64,000 bases of DNA from Octopus vulgaris (GCA_951406725.2 OX597817.1:158844001-158908000), one strand, 5' to 3'; shown: positions 1 through 12,745, counted from the first letter of the stretch. Numbers and translations: made by a program. The notes: generated from the sequence alone by a model not told the origin.

Positions 1-210
1 CCATCACCAGTACTTTTTATGTGGCACCATCACCAGTGCTTTTTACGTGGTACCATCACCAGTGCTTTTTACGTGGTACCATCACCAGTGCTGTTTATGT
101 GGCACCATCACCCGTACTTTTTACATGGCACCATCACCAGTGATTTTTACGTGGCACTATCACCATTACTTTTTACATATGTTGTTTATGTGGCACCAGC
201 ATCAGTGCTT
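1..210. repeat. 26-bp minisatellite (CCATCACCAGTGCTTTTTATGTGGCA)n, truncated by window start
   Basis: ~7 degenerate 26-bp units; same family as 49837-50855 and 62960-63125. Confidence 0.85.
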
Positions 211-974
211 CTAGTTATGATATTTTGTTAGATGTGTAAATGTTGCAATATGGATCAAAAGATTATGAGGCTAAACCGTATTACAGCCATTGCGTTGTTT
301 CTAGACAAGTCAGAGAATTACTCTGTTTGATTTAGACTGTTGAGCTGAAAATTGTTATTAATCCTTGGATTTAGCTGTAATAAGAGTAAACAACTGTAAA
401 AATACTTCAACAGTTTTGAAGCAATTATCTAAATTAAAAAACAGAAAATGTATTATTTTTATTATGGTTTTTTTTTTTCTTTCCTGGAAGTATTGAGATA
501 AAGAGTTCTTAAAGCAAAACCTCTCGGAATTTTGGTGCAAAGAATCTAAAATGGAACTTATGTAAAAAAATGGTTTTTGGTATTAATGCATTTTTATCCA
601 CATATGTAGAAAAGATGTTAAACTGAGAAATTTGAGAGGAATGTGGTTAATGTTGAATAATGTGAGTTATATATATATATATATATATTAAATGTTGGCT
701 CCTAGTTCATACTGAGTTACATCATAGAGGTATGACTCATCAAGACATTATGCCAACAACAAGCAGTAGATTTTCCTGGACTGTAATATTAACTGAATAG
801 AAACAGAAACGGGGAGAAAAGAAAAAAAAAAATCAAAATCAAAAAATAAAAAAAAATAGTTAAAAGGAAAAGAAAGATTCATTTCTGTAGTTGAATGCTG
901 ACGGTTAAGAAACTGGTGGAGTGTTACAGAGTCTGTAAATTGCTGCCATTGCAAATCTGAATCTACAGTCAAAG

Positions 975-1005
<31 letters not shown>

Positions 1006-1580
1006 GAAAGAAATGTGTTCTTCATGCAAGCACCACCAACCTGCTCAAACCATTTGTATTAAGGAACTTAATGTCTCACACATTCCTCGCAAGATCATCA
1101 TCATTATAATCATTATCACCACCATCATCATTATCATTTTTAGTATTCCTATGCTTTCTTTTTCTTCTTCTTCTTCTTCTTCTTATTATTATTATCATCA
1201 TTATTATTATCATCATCATTATTGTTATATTAAAGGGTGGTTGATTGGCAGATTAGTAGAGTAACTGAGTGTCTTGAGGTATTTAGTTATTTCCCAAGTT
1301 CAAATACCAGCAAAGTCAACTGCGTTAGATTTGACAAAATAAAGTACCAGTGAAATATTAGGATTAATAAAACAACAGGCTGAAGCAGTGAGCTGGCAGA
1401 ATTGTTAACATGCTGGGTACTTAGAGGCATTTCACCTGTTTTTATGTTCTGAGTTCGAATCCTTCCAAGGTCAACTTTGCCTTTTGGGGTTGATAAAATA
1501 AGTATCAGTTGAGCCGTGAGGTTGATATAATCAACTTAGCCCCTCTCGTGAAATTGCTGGCCTTGTGTCAAAATTTTTAA

Positions 1581-1734
1581 GGTGCAGGAGTGGCTGTGTG
1601 GTAAGTAGCTTGCTTACCAACCACATGGTTCCGGGTTCAGTCCCACTGCATGGCACCTTGGGCAAGTGTCTTCTACTATGGCCTCGTGAGTGGATTTGGT
1701 AGATGGAAACTGAATGAAGCCCATCATATATATG

Positions 1735-1767
<33 letters not shown>

Positions 1768-1980
1768 ATGTTTGTATGTCTGTGTTTGTCCCCCTCAACA
1801 TTGCTTGACAACCGATGCTGGTGTGTTTACGTTCCCGTAACTTAGCAGTTCAACAAAAGAGACCGATAGAATAAGTACTAGGCTTCCAAAGAATAAGTCC
1901 TGGGGTCGATTTGCTCGACTAAAGGTGGTGCTCCTGCATGGCCACAGTCAAATGACTGAAACAAGTAAAAGAGTAAAGAG
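1581..1980 (+). mobile_element. tRNA-derived SINE family A (CORE-like body, internal TA/TG microsatellite, AAGAGT-like tail)
   Basis: Pol III A box TGGCTGTGTGG, B box GGTTCAGTCCC, CACCTTGGGCAAG CORE-like motif; many near-identical copies in window. Confidence 0.85.
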
Positions 1981-2920
1981 TATAATAAACAGATTGTTCC
2001 CTCCTTAATTTTTCTAGCCTTATTTTCTAGTGCTTATTTTAGAAATTCTTACATCAGGGTGGTAGATTTGCAGAACCATTTGGGTGTCTGCAAAGTGCTT
2101 TGCACTATTTGTTTCAGCTCTTGACATTTTTAGTTCAAATCCTGCCAAGGTTCACTTTGTTTTTTATCCTTCTGGAGTTGATAAAAATAAAATACCATTC
2201 AAGTACTGGGAAAGATATAATCAAACACTTGTCTTCTTCCAAAATTTCTGGCTTAGAGCCAAAATGATGGTGATGGTGGTAGCAGTTGCAGTGGCATCTG
2301 TACAAGAAATTATTATTTGGCAAAATCATTAGCATGTCAGACAAAATACCATGCAGTATTTGGTCCTGCACTTTAAGTTCTGGGTTCAAGTTCTGCTGAG
2401 GTCAACTTGCCTATCATCTTTCCAAAGCTGTTAAATTAATGCACCAAATCAAGAAGTCATGTACTAGCGTCATTTTAATTAATTGCTTTCTCCATTCAAA
2501 ATCACTGATATTGTTATATGCATTATTAGTTGAGGCAGCAACCTGACTCAGTTGTTAGTATATCAGACAAAATGCTTAGCAGCATTTCATCTGACTCTTT
2601 ACATTCTGAGTTCAAGCCCTGTCAAGGTCAACTTAGCTTTTCAGCATTTTAGAGTCAATAAAATAAGTACTAGTTGAGCACTAACATCAGTGAAATCACC
2701 AAGCCACCTCCCCTTAAAATTGCTGGCCTTGTGCCAAAATTTAAAACCTCATCATCATTGTCATTTTTTAACATCCACTCTTTCTGATGCTCTAACCACA
2801 GAGCCATGCACCTTCTCAAATCAGCATAACATCTGGCAGAATAACCTGAAGGCTGAAAGGTTAAAACAAGAAGTTTGTATCCAAGGGCAGTCACAGTTAC
2901 GTTGTATCAAAAGGGTTAAG

Positions 2921-3307
2921 GGCGAGCTGGCAGAAACGGTATTTCGTCTGCCGCTATGTTCTGAGTTCAAATTCCGCTGAGGTTGACTTTGCCTTTCATC
3001 CTTTCAGGGTCAATTAAATAAGTACCAGTTACGTACTGGAGTCGATATAATCAACTTAATCTATGTGTCTGTCCTTGTTTGTCCTCTCTGTGTTTAGCCC
3101 CTTTGTGGGTAGTAAAGAAATAGCTATTTTGTCTGCCGCTATGTTCTGAGTTCAAATTCCACCGAGGTCGACTTTGTCTTTCATCCTTTCAGGGGTCGAT
3201 TAAATAAGTACCAGTTACACACTGGGGTCGATATAATTGACTTAATCCATTTGTCTGTCCTTGTTTGTCCTCTCTGTGTTTAGCCCCTTGTGGGTAGTAA
3301 AGAAATA
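2921..3307 (+). mobile_element. SINE family B dimer (head + two bodies), TSD GGTTAAG
   Basis: B box GAGTTCAAATTCC in each unit; GGTTAAG at 2914-2920 and 3308-3314. Confidence 0.85.
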
Positions 3308-3760
3308 GGTTAAGATACCCATTACTCACTTTGGAACCTGATACACAAACTGGTCATATTTAGTTCAGTTCAGCCCCTCCTCCATCACTTTATGCTCCCT
3401 TCTGTTTTCACAGACTTTCAACTACTCAGATTTTGTATAATTATGTGTCATTACCTCATTGCTCAGAATTAATTTCATTCACCACCTAATTTTGATGGAA
3501 GTAAAAGTACACCATGAGAGTAAAATGGTGGAGTTACCTACTAACCAAATGACTGTGTATTTAAAACTTTTTATTGTAGCCATGCTATTGTGTCCCACCA
3601 CCACCACCAATACTCCAAGCAAGGCACATGACTCTGCTTGGTCCAGTTAACCTGACTGAGCAAAAGAAACAAGTTTCACTTCCTACTTACTTCACAGTTG
3701 AGTGATTACTGGCAGGAAGGTCATCCAGCTGTTAAATATAATTGTTCTTACATTTAATGT

Positions 3761-4478
3761 TAAAGATAATTGCTCTTATGTGAAGGCACGTGGCTTTGTG
3801 GTTTGGGTATCAGGTTCACCATTGTCAGGTCAGGAATTCGATTCAAGGTGACATGTTGTGTCCTTGAGCAAGATACTCTATTTCACAAATGAGCTGTACC
3901 AGTAATTCAAAGTGCCACGTTCTGTGTCACACTGAATCTCCCTGAGAACTAATTTTAGGGTATGTATGTTTGTGGAGTGTTCAACTACTTAAAGATAATT
4001 GCTTTTATGTGAAGGCATGTGGCTTTGTGGTTTGGGTATCAGGTTCACCATTGTCAGGTCAGGAATTCGATTCAAGGTGACATGTTGTGTCCTTGAGCAA
4101 GATACTCTATTTCACAAATGAGCTGTACCAGTAATTCAAAGTGCCACATTCTGTGTCACACTGAATCTCCCCGAGAACTAATTTTAGGGTATGTATGTTT
4201 GTGGAGTGTTCAACTACTTAAAGATAATTGCTTTTATGTGAAGGCATGTGGCTTTGTGGTTTGGGTATCAGGTTCACGATTGTCAGGTCAGGAATTTGAT
4301 TCAAGGTGACATGTTGTGTCCTTGAGCAAGATACTCTATTTCACAAATGAGCTGTATCAGTAATTCAAAGTGCCACGTTCTGTGTCACACTGAATCTCCC
4401 TGAGAACTAATTTTAGGGTATGTATGTTTGTGGAGTGTTCAACTACTTGTATGTTAATTTTGCAAGCAGGCTGTTCCC
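3761..4478 (+). repeat. Triple tandem duplication (229-bp period) of SINE family D plus flank
   Basis: The G of AAAGATAATTGC falls at 3765, 3994 and 4223; unit holds tRNA head and GTCCTTGAGCAAG motif; monomers at 17055-17365 and 23602-23923. Confidence 0.88.
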
Positions 4479-5058
4479 TCATAATTTTTCAACCCATGCA
4501 AACATAAAAAAAATTAATGGAAGCAAATCTGTTACCAATATCTATCTATTAGCATCATGTATTTTACTACTCCTGTGTCACATTCTCTCATATTTCATTC
4601 ATAAATCATTTGTCCATATTTCCTTATACATCACTAATGTACCCACTCTTCACCACTTACGCAGCACCTCCTGCCATTGACTTTATTTTATATGTTCCAC
4701 AAATCCTTTACCCTTTAGTGTTTAAATTATTCTGTTAAATGTAATATTTCTTCATTCAAATTCATCATCATCAACTTGAATTAACCAAGCATTATCTTAT
4801 AGCTTTGAGGTTTCAATAATGTCACTATTTATTTTTAGAGTGTCAATATAGGGTAGGTGTGAATGGCTAGATATTGCCAGTTTGAATATAAAAAAGTAGA
4901 ATATTTGAGCCGGATGTGGCCGGTTCAAACACTAAAGGGTTAATCATGTTGACATAACTATAGGTTTTTTGGGGTTTTTTTTTAAAGAAGACAAAATACA
5001 TTCTGTAGTTAGTTTTAATTATATATTTGATTTTGTTCCTTTTTTTATTTTTTCAGGA

Positions 5059-5168
5059 ATGGACCAGCGCCATTTAGAGAGTGCCAGGACCAAAGTTGCT
5101 GGGAATCCAGTGTTGCAAAAGCTTATCAAAGATTATGCCAACTCAGTCTGGGATGTTCTCCATGCTAA
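5059..5168 (+). CDS. THADA: THADA-like exon 1 (MDQRHLESARTKVAGNP...; putative start, acceptor AG at 5055-5056)
   Basis: Polypyrimidine tract + cag|GA ATG; donor AA|gtaagt (phase 2) matches next exon. The ATG may not be the true start because an upstream exon is implied. Confidence 0.7.
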
Positions 5169-5294
5169 GTAAGTCTGATATGAGTGCATATGCATATATG
5201 CAAAGTCTGATTTTTTGTTTCTTTATGATCATAAGCAACAGAAACCATTATCTCACTATAATAACAATATTTTGTTTGTTTCAATTCTCTTCAG

Positions 5295-5466
5295 ACCCAT
5301 CGACCGGCATAAGTTGGTAAAGGAGATTGAGGCTTCTTCTGAGAAACTTCTATCTCTGATACAGGAATCAGAAGAATGTCATTTTATTCAAGACTATACA
5401 ACTGCAGTACTGGCTTGTTACATTGCTTGCATCGAAACCTCCAGTCTTGCCAGATGTTTCAAAAAG
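5295..5466 (+). CDS. THADA: THADA-like exon 2 (PIDRHKLVKEIE...LARCFKK)
   Basis: ttctcttcag| acceptor, AAG|gtaaac donor, phase 2 to 0. Confidence 0.8.
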
Positions 5467-5815
5467 GTAAACCACAATTTTGTACCAACACACAAATGAC
5501 TGAATGATTAACAATACTTGATTATTGATCTGAAATGCTCCTGTTTTTCTTATTTATTTAACCTTTTAGTATTCAAACCAGCCATATCCAGCCTAAATAT
5601 TCTATCTGTTTTATGTTCAAACTGGCCAGATCTGGCCTCTGCCATCTACCTTATAATGTTATTCTAAAAATAAACAATTACATCTTTGAAATCTTGAAGC
5701 TATTAGACAGTGCATGATCGATTTAAAACAATGTGAACAGATAAGCATTAGATTTGATCTGCTTTAGAATCTAAGCGTTAGATTTGAGTAATCTGAATGC
5801 TAAAGGGTTAAAATA

Positions 5816-6381
5816 TTGGGTTGTCTGGAAAGTTCGTGCTGATTTTTAAAGGAAAGAAAAAGGTCAATAAATGCTTGCCATTACATTTTTAATCAACCAA
5901 ATATGAACCATTTTGTTGCAAAATGCGTCTCCATCTTTCCTTTAGCTTGAAAATACCCTCTTCCCAGAATTGAGGTGGTTTCATGGCAAAGAATTCATCA
6001 AGGTATCTTTTTACGTCATCCAAGGAATTGAAATTTTTATCATTAAGACTATTCTGCAGAAACCTGAATAAGTGGAAATCCAAAGGAGCAATATCTGGTG
6101 AATATGGAGGGTGGTGTAACACATCCCAGCCGAGTTGCAGCAATTTTTGTCTGGTTCCCAAAGCATCAAGTGCTAAAAATGAACTTTCTTATCTTCCATT
6201 TTAAAGGGTTACAGAATTAACACAGGTTATAGGAACATAAACCTTCTTCTAGGAAAAGACAGCTTAAACTGTGCTTTAAATGGAGGTGTAGTCAAATCCT
6301 ATTTTATGAACTCAACCATGTTCTAAAATAAGTTGAAAGGTAAGCTACTATAAATTGGCACAAACTTTCCGGACAACCTAA
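5816..6381 (-). mobile_element. Internally deleted mariner element with transposase C-terminal remnant
   Basis: ~30-bp TIRs (TTGGGTTGTCTGGAAAGTTCGTGCTGATTT / AAATTGGCACAAACTTTCCGGACAACCTAA), TA flanks, ORF 5889-6161 with HPPYSPDIAPLDFHLF...GI.KL.ERW. Confidence 0.92.
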
Positions 6382-6962
6382 TACATATGACAATCTTTAA
6401 GAACCATGTAAGCAATTGTTTAGAAGAGTCACTGGCTGTAAAATACATTAAAGCAAGCCTGCCCTTACGTATTGAAACTTGTACACTTATCTAACTCATT
6501 GTTGAATAATGTGAAACAGATTATGCAAAACTTTTTATAAAGAAAATGTATTTGGTTATATAATCTGCATTATGTGGGGATTTGATTTAGAAATTACAAT
6601 TTAATTATCTTTATAGAGGTAATTAGATTTGTTAATATTTAGAACAAGTTTTTCTTCAAACAAACTTTGTATGTGCCAGGGTCAAATTGAGCAAGTTTTA
6701 GTTTCAACTAAAATAAGCTCACATGGAAAGCCTTGACCCTGGCTTTAAACTGATTAATAAAATTCAAGGAAAGCTAATTATAAACTAACAAATAAAGACA
6801 CAGAACATGCCATACTACATTAAACTGTGTACTGAAGCATGGAACATGTTTTTTCTATTTACGTTAGTGTGTTTGTGACACAGTTAAATGGTTGTTATTA
6901 TTAGGAAGGACAGGTATCCACTAAACACTGTGTATTCGCTTTTGCAAAAATATCAAAAAAAA

Positions 6963-7158
6963 TTACGGAGATGTACTTGCATAGCAAGTACGAAGTTTTG
7001 TCAGTTGAACAAGTCGCGGTCTGAAAGCGACGAAAATATCTTGACAAATTAAATTTAAATGTTGAAGTGAATCTAACGGTTTTGTGTGTTTCTTAAATGG
7101 CTTATAAACACCTCCCACGCTGCAATTGTTTTCGTTCCAGCACATGATCTCAGATCAA
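6963..7158 (+). mobile_element. Penelope-like terminal-repeat fragment with hammerhead-like motif (same family as 48685-49012)
   Basis: Near identity to 48887-49012; 6963-6988 is the inverted end segment also seen at 48685; fold TTTGTCA...GTCGC/GCGAC-GAAA...TGACAAA. Confidence 0.55.
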
Positions 7159-7588
7159 AAAAATTCTTTTAAATAAATGTGAAATGTATTTTTAATTGGA
7201 TATTTAAACAATATCCAATCCTTATATTTTCAATATTTTTACTGTTTTAAATTCCAGGATGGTTTTCATATATATTAATCTAGAGAGTGGCATACTATTA
7301 GAACAATTATTTTTACAGCTGGATGTTCATGGTTCACTGTTCACTCAAGCATGAAGCAGTAGTGGAATTAGTCACCCTCCATACATACCATGTTGTCTCA
7401 TCGTTATAAGGTTTGAATTCACAAGCATGTGGTTAGTAGCCCCACAACTTAACATCATGGCTGTTGTGTTTTTTGTTAAAAAACATGTGTTAAGTCAACC
7501 AATCTTTCATTTGTTTATTTTTCTAAAGATTTTAAAAATTTTCTATAAATCACTACTGAAATTCAATAAATGTCTGTTTGTCTTTCAG

Positions 7589-7694
7589 CTCTTGGAACCA
7601 ATACCACATGCCCTGTTGATGGAAGAGATAAGCTTTGTGTTTCTCAGTCATTTATCCTCTGACACGCATATGACTTCTGCCACAATGAGTAAAT
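7589..7694 (+). CDS. THADA: THADA-like exon 3 (LLEPIPHALLMEEISF...)
   Basis: tctttcag| acceptor, T|gtaagc donor (alternative in-phase gtaaat donor 6 nt upstream), phase 0 to 1. Confidence 0.75.
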
Positions 7695-8139
7695 GTAAGC
7701 AGTTCAGCTCATTCTTATCTCTCTCCACAATATTTATTTCCTATTGGGAAATGTTTCACATTGTAAACCTTATCTACCTTGTTATGTTTTGGTCAATCAC
7801 TATGTTTCGAATAATGTAATCTCCATTTTTCATCTGATGCAATACTTGTCATGTTTATGCTTTGTGTACTTAGACTGTATTGACCTCACTGAATGGCATT
7901 TCATACATGAAATATTATGGGGCACTGGCAGAGCTGCATGGTTAAGAAGCTTGCTTCCTGTCAAGTTTTGTAATTTACTTAGCATAGGTATAGGAACAAG
8001 GATCAAATAGCCGTAAACTGCAAATTTCTATCTTGCTGTAATGGAAGCACAACTAACAGCGGAATGTATGAGAAGGGGTCACAACACCAACTGTGATCCC
8101 ATAGTTTTTGTGTCCCTGTTTATTTTAATTGCAATATAT

Positions 8140-8543
8140 AAAAGGCACCATTCGAGCGTGATTGTTACCAGCGTCGCCTTAAAGAGCACCATCCGAGCGT
8201 GATTGTTGCCGGAGCAGCTATCTGGCCTCCGTGCCAGTGGCATGTAAAAGACACCATTCGAGCGTGATCGTTACCAGCATCGCCTTACCGGCACCTGTGC
8301 TGGTGGCATGTGTAAAAGATTCAAGCGAGGTCGTTGCCAGTACCGCCTTACTGGCCCCGTGCCAGTGTCACGTAAAAGCACCTACTGCACTCTCTGAGTG
8401 GTTGGCGTTAGGAAGGGTATCCAGCTGTAGGAACTCTGCCAGATCAAGATTGAAGCCTGGTGCAGCCATCTGGTTCGCCAGCCCTCAGTCATCCATCCAA
8501 CCCATGCTAGCATGGAAAGTGGACGTTAAACGATGATGATGAT
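8140..8543 (+). mobile_element. RTE 3'-end repeat (family C), (GAT)n tail
   Basis: GGTTGGCGTTAGGAAGGG..CAGCTGTAG..CCATGCTAGCATGG..GTTAAACGATGATG; same sequence forms the 3' end of the RTE at 44760. Confidence 0.8.
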
Positions 8544-9135
8544 AGAAAACAAATGGACAAGTTCACAAAAAACTCATGCATGCCGTGTCACTGGTGGTTT
8601 TTAATTATTTAAACAAATGTACAGCATGTGTTATATATTCATTAGGAGTTCAATACACAACACTTCTCAGCCATGTGGTCTTCTGGTTCAGTCCCACTGC
8701 ATGACAGCTTGGGCAGTTGATTTCTGTTAATACCCCAGAGTTGGTAGGCGGAAGCTGAAAGATACCCATTGCATATGCCTGTGTGTGTGTGTGTGTGTGT
8801 TCCCTTGTCATGTGATCATTGTAAATAAGCATCAGCATCATACATTTCTTATCAGTTTTCCATAACAAACATTTCTAGCCATGGGTAAATATTCCCTTCC
8901 TTGGAAATGGGTGGGCATTGGTGGCAGGAAGGGCATCTGGCTGTTGAAAATCTGCCACAACAAATTCCATCTGGACCGTGAAAATATGGAAAAGGAGATA
9001 TTAAATAATAATGGTAGTGATACATTACCCCAATATACCTTCCTCGTTTTCTCTTTTAAAATGCTAGATTTGATTTGAGGAAAATTTTGTTGCTTTCTTT
9101 AGCAAGTCAGGTGGCCATATAGAAGCTCTCACATC

Positions 9136-9364
9136 GGTGAGCTGGCAGAAACGTAAGAACACCGGGTGAAATGCTTAGTGGTATTTCGTATGCCGTTACG
9201 TTCTGAGTTCAAATTCCGCCAAGGTCGACTTTGCCTTTCATCCTTTCGGAGTCGATAAATTAAGTACCAGTTATGCACTGGGGTCGATGTAATCAACTTA
9301 ATCCCTCTGTCTGTCCTTGTTTGTCCCCTCTATGTTTAGCCCCTTGTGGGCAATAAAAGAAATA
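9136..9364 (+). mobile_element. SINE family B monomer with 16-bp TSD AGAAGCTCTCACATCG
   Basis: A/B boxes, family B body; direct repeat at 9121-9136 and 9365-9380. Confidence 0.87.
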
Positions 9365-9639
9365 AGAAGCTCTCACATCGTCTTGAAATAGAATAAGTTT
9401 GTGTTGTAAGGATAAAAAAAAAATGTATGATAGTAATATTTTACTTTACTATCTTGGTTTTTTTATGTTGTTAAAAAGAAGGAATTTATAGATTGATCAC
9501 ATTGAAAATAGAATCTTATTTTGTCACCATAATTAAGACCTTAAGCCTATCCGGAGCTCCTGCCATATGTAATGTTTGCAGTTATTTACTATGTGTCATA
9601 AACAACAAAGCCTGTTCATTGTTATATTGTTGATGCATT

Positions 9640-10875
9640 ATTCTTAAGCCCTGCCCTCCCAATGGAGCATAAGCCATCAACATTTTTCACTGATCTTGAC
9701 TCTGGGCTGTCATTTCTTCTTCTTTCCAGCTTCTATCCTACCTCCAGCTATTTTAAGGATGTCCTCTCCTCCATGTGAAAACACATGGCTCGGTGTTTAG
9801 AGCATCGGGCTCACAATAATGAGGTAGTGAGTTTGATTCCTGGACCGGGTCGTGTGTTGTGTTCTTGAGCAAGACACTTTATTTCACATTGCTCCATTTC
9901 ACTCAGCTGTAGAAATGAGTTGCGATGTCACTGGTGCCAAGCTGTATCAACCTTTGCCTTTCTCTTGGATAACATCAATGGCATGGAGAGTAGAGGCTAG
10001 TATGCATGGGCAACTGCTGGTCATCCACAAACAACTTTGCCTGAACTTGTGCCTTGGAGTGTAACTTTCCAGGTGCAATCCCATGGTCATTCATGACCAA
10101 AGGGGATTTTTACCCATTACCCTCTCCTCCACCTCCCTTATGGGGGTTCCAGGTCAGGGCTTGACATGTGTATCCCTTCTACTCTTAGGTCTTCCTCTCT
10201 CAGGTCTTGGTTTTGAAATGTCATCGATGCTTCTGTAACTTTGTTTTTTGTTTCTAGTTAAGGGTGTTGGCCCTTTGCAAACCCATTTTCAGCCTGGGGA
10301 TGAAGTGGTTCATATTATTCTCTTTACTCTCTTTTACTCTTTTACTTGTTTCAGTCATTTGACTGCGGCCATGCTGGAGCACCGCCTTAAATCGAGCAAC
10401 TCGACCCCGGGACTTATTCTTTTGTAAGCCCAGTACTTATTCTATCGATCTCTTTTGCCGAACCGCTAAGTTACGGGGACATAAACACACCAGCATCGGT
10501 TGTCAAGCAATGCTAGGGAGACAATCACAGACACACAAACACACACACGCATATATATATATATATATACATATATACGACTGGCTTCTTTCAGTTTCCG
10601 TCTACCAAATCCACTCACAAGGCTTTGGTCGGCCCGAGGCTATAGCAGAAGACACTTGCCCAAGGTGCCACGCAGTGGGACTGAACCCGGAACCATGTGG
10701 TTGGTAAACAAGCTACTTACCACACAGCCACTCCTGCGCCTATTCTTGCCCTTATCCTTCGACTTGTCCAACATGGGAAACTCTACTGGGAATTTGTGTC
10801 CTTTTGGCATAGCTTTCAGGATCATTGACACACACAAGCCATCACACTGCAACAAAGATTGAACCTTGTGGTGGA
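9640..10875 (-). mobile_element. Old short RTE-derived element interrupted by two SINEs (~9776-10119 and family A 10320-10740)
   Basis: Homologous uninterrupted copy at ~52970-53345; CCTCTCCTCCA duplicated around the 9776 SINE. Confidence 0.5.
10320..10740 (-). mobile_element. SINE family A, full length
   Basis: Reverse complement of 1581-1980 / 33283-33680. Confidence 0.87.
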
Positions 10876-12745
10876 TTCTTATGCTATTACCCTCCAATAT
10901 TAGATTGATCAGTCATTGAACTATAGCATTATCAATATTTATTTCTTTATTGCTTGCATAGGGCTAAACATAGAAGAGACAAACAAGGACAGACAAAGGG
11001 ATTAAGTTGATTACATTGACCCCAGTGCATATCATCATCGTCGTTTAACATCTGCTTTCCATGCTGGCATGGGTTGGACGGTTTGACTCAGCTGGCAGAA
11101 ACGTTAGCGTGCCGGGCGAAATGCTTAGCGGTATTTCGTCTGTCGTTACATTCTGAGTTCAAATTCCGCCGAGGTCGACTTTGTCTTTCATCCTTTCGGG
11201 GTCGATAAATTAAGTACCAGTTACACACTGGGGTCGAAGTAATCGACTTAACACCTATGTCTGTCCTTGTTAGTTCCCTCTGTGTTTAGCCCCTTGTGGG
11301 TAGTAAAGAAATAGGTTTGACTGAGGACTGGTGAGCCAGATGGCTGCACCAGGCTCCAGTGTGATCTAGCAAAGTTGCTACAGCTGGAAGCCCTTCCTAA
11401 CGCCAACCACTCCGAGAGTGTAGTGGGTGCTTTTATGTGCCACCGGCATGAGGGCCAGTCTGGCAGTACTGGCAATGGCCACGCTCAAATGGTGTTTTTA
11501 CGTGTCACCTGTACAGGAGCCAGTCCAGCGGCACTGGCAATGCCCTAGCTCAAAGTGCCTACATAACTGGTACTTATTTAATTGACCCCAAAAGGATAAA
11601 AGGCAAAGTTGACCTCGATGGAATTTGAACTCAGAACATAATGGCAGATGAAATACCTCTAAGCATTTCGCCCAGTGTGCTAACAATTCTGCCAGCTCGC
11701 CGCCCTATACCATTATCAATATTGATCTGTTAACTAACCTTTGACATGACATTTTAGTCTGTTGATAGATCTCTGGCCTTTTCTATTATTATTAGATTGC
11801 CAAAAGGTGGTAAGCTGGCAGAATCGTTAGCACGCTGGGTGAAATGCTTAGTGGCATTTCATCGTTCCTTACATTCTAAGTTCAAATTCCACCAAGGTTG
11901 ACTTAGCCTTTCATCCTTTCAAGGTTGATAAATTAAGTACCAGTGAAATACTGGGGGTCGATGTAATTGACTAGTCCCCTCCCCACAATTTCAGGCCTTG
12001 TGCCTTTAGTAGAAAGGATTATTAGATTGCTGATATGTTTTCTTAAGTATTCAATTATTCTGAATTTGTCTCATTTTAACTCATCTGTGTTCTTAACTGT
12101 ATCAGTAATTTCACTGATTTCTGTTTGTTTGTCTGTTCAGCTGACTGACTAGTAATCATCTTATCAGTATTGATCACTTAAGTGACTTGTGTGTTTAATT
12201 AATTAACTTACTTCTCAGTATTAATTAACTGACATTTTACTTATTTTCTCATCTGAAAACTTTTCATGTTTTCTATTCTTCTGTAATCAGCCTTTTGGTT
12301 GTGTTTGTCTCACATGTTGACTTAATTGGTCAGGTTGTCTTGTGATTTGTGAAGTGATTAACAAATAAGAATTGATTTGGACAGCCATCACGGAAAGTGG
12401 ATATAAAATGATGATGTAGGATGTAATTTAAAGGAGATTTAACTGCTATTTCTAACAGATTGAGATACTCTGTAAAGGTTTCCTCATTTGGTCTGTTGTC
12501 CACGTTGTTTAGCCATCTTTTGTCTGTGTTACCCAGCTGTTGTCGGGATTGTTTATTTGTATGTTATCCTGCATTGGTTAGCTGCCTGTGTTTGTCAAGT
12601 GCATTGCTTAAATCTCATGTCTTTATTGTTATTTTGTTCAAGCTCACATCAGCTCTAATCAAGCTGACACATCGTCAAAAACATTTCGGTCATGACCATC
12701 CTCTCTTTTTGGATAACTACATTATCCCATGCATCCTCTATTTAA

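Noticed and set aside
8231-8536. Recurrent ORFs such as EWLALGRASSCRNSARSDWS and EDTCPRCHAVGLNPEPCGW
   Set aside because: Translations of non-coding SINE/RTE-UTR repeats that recur many times in both orientations.
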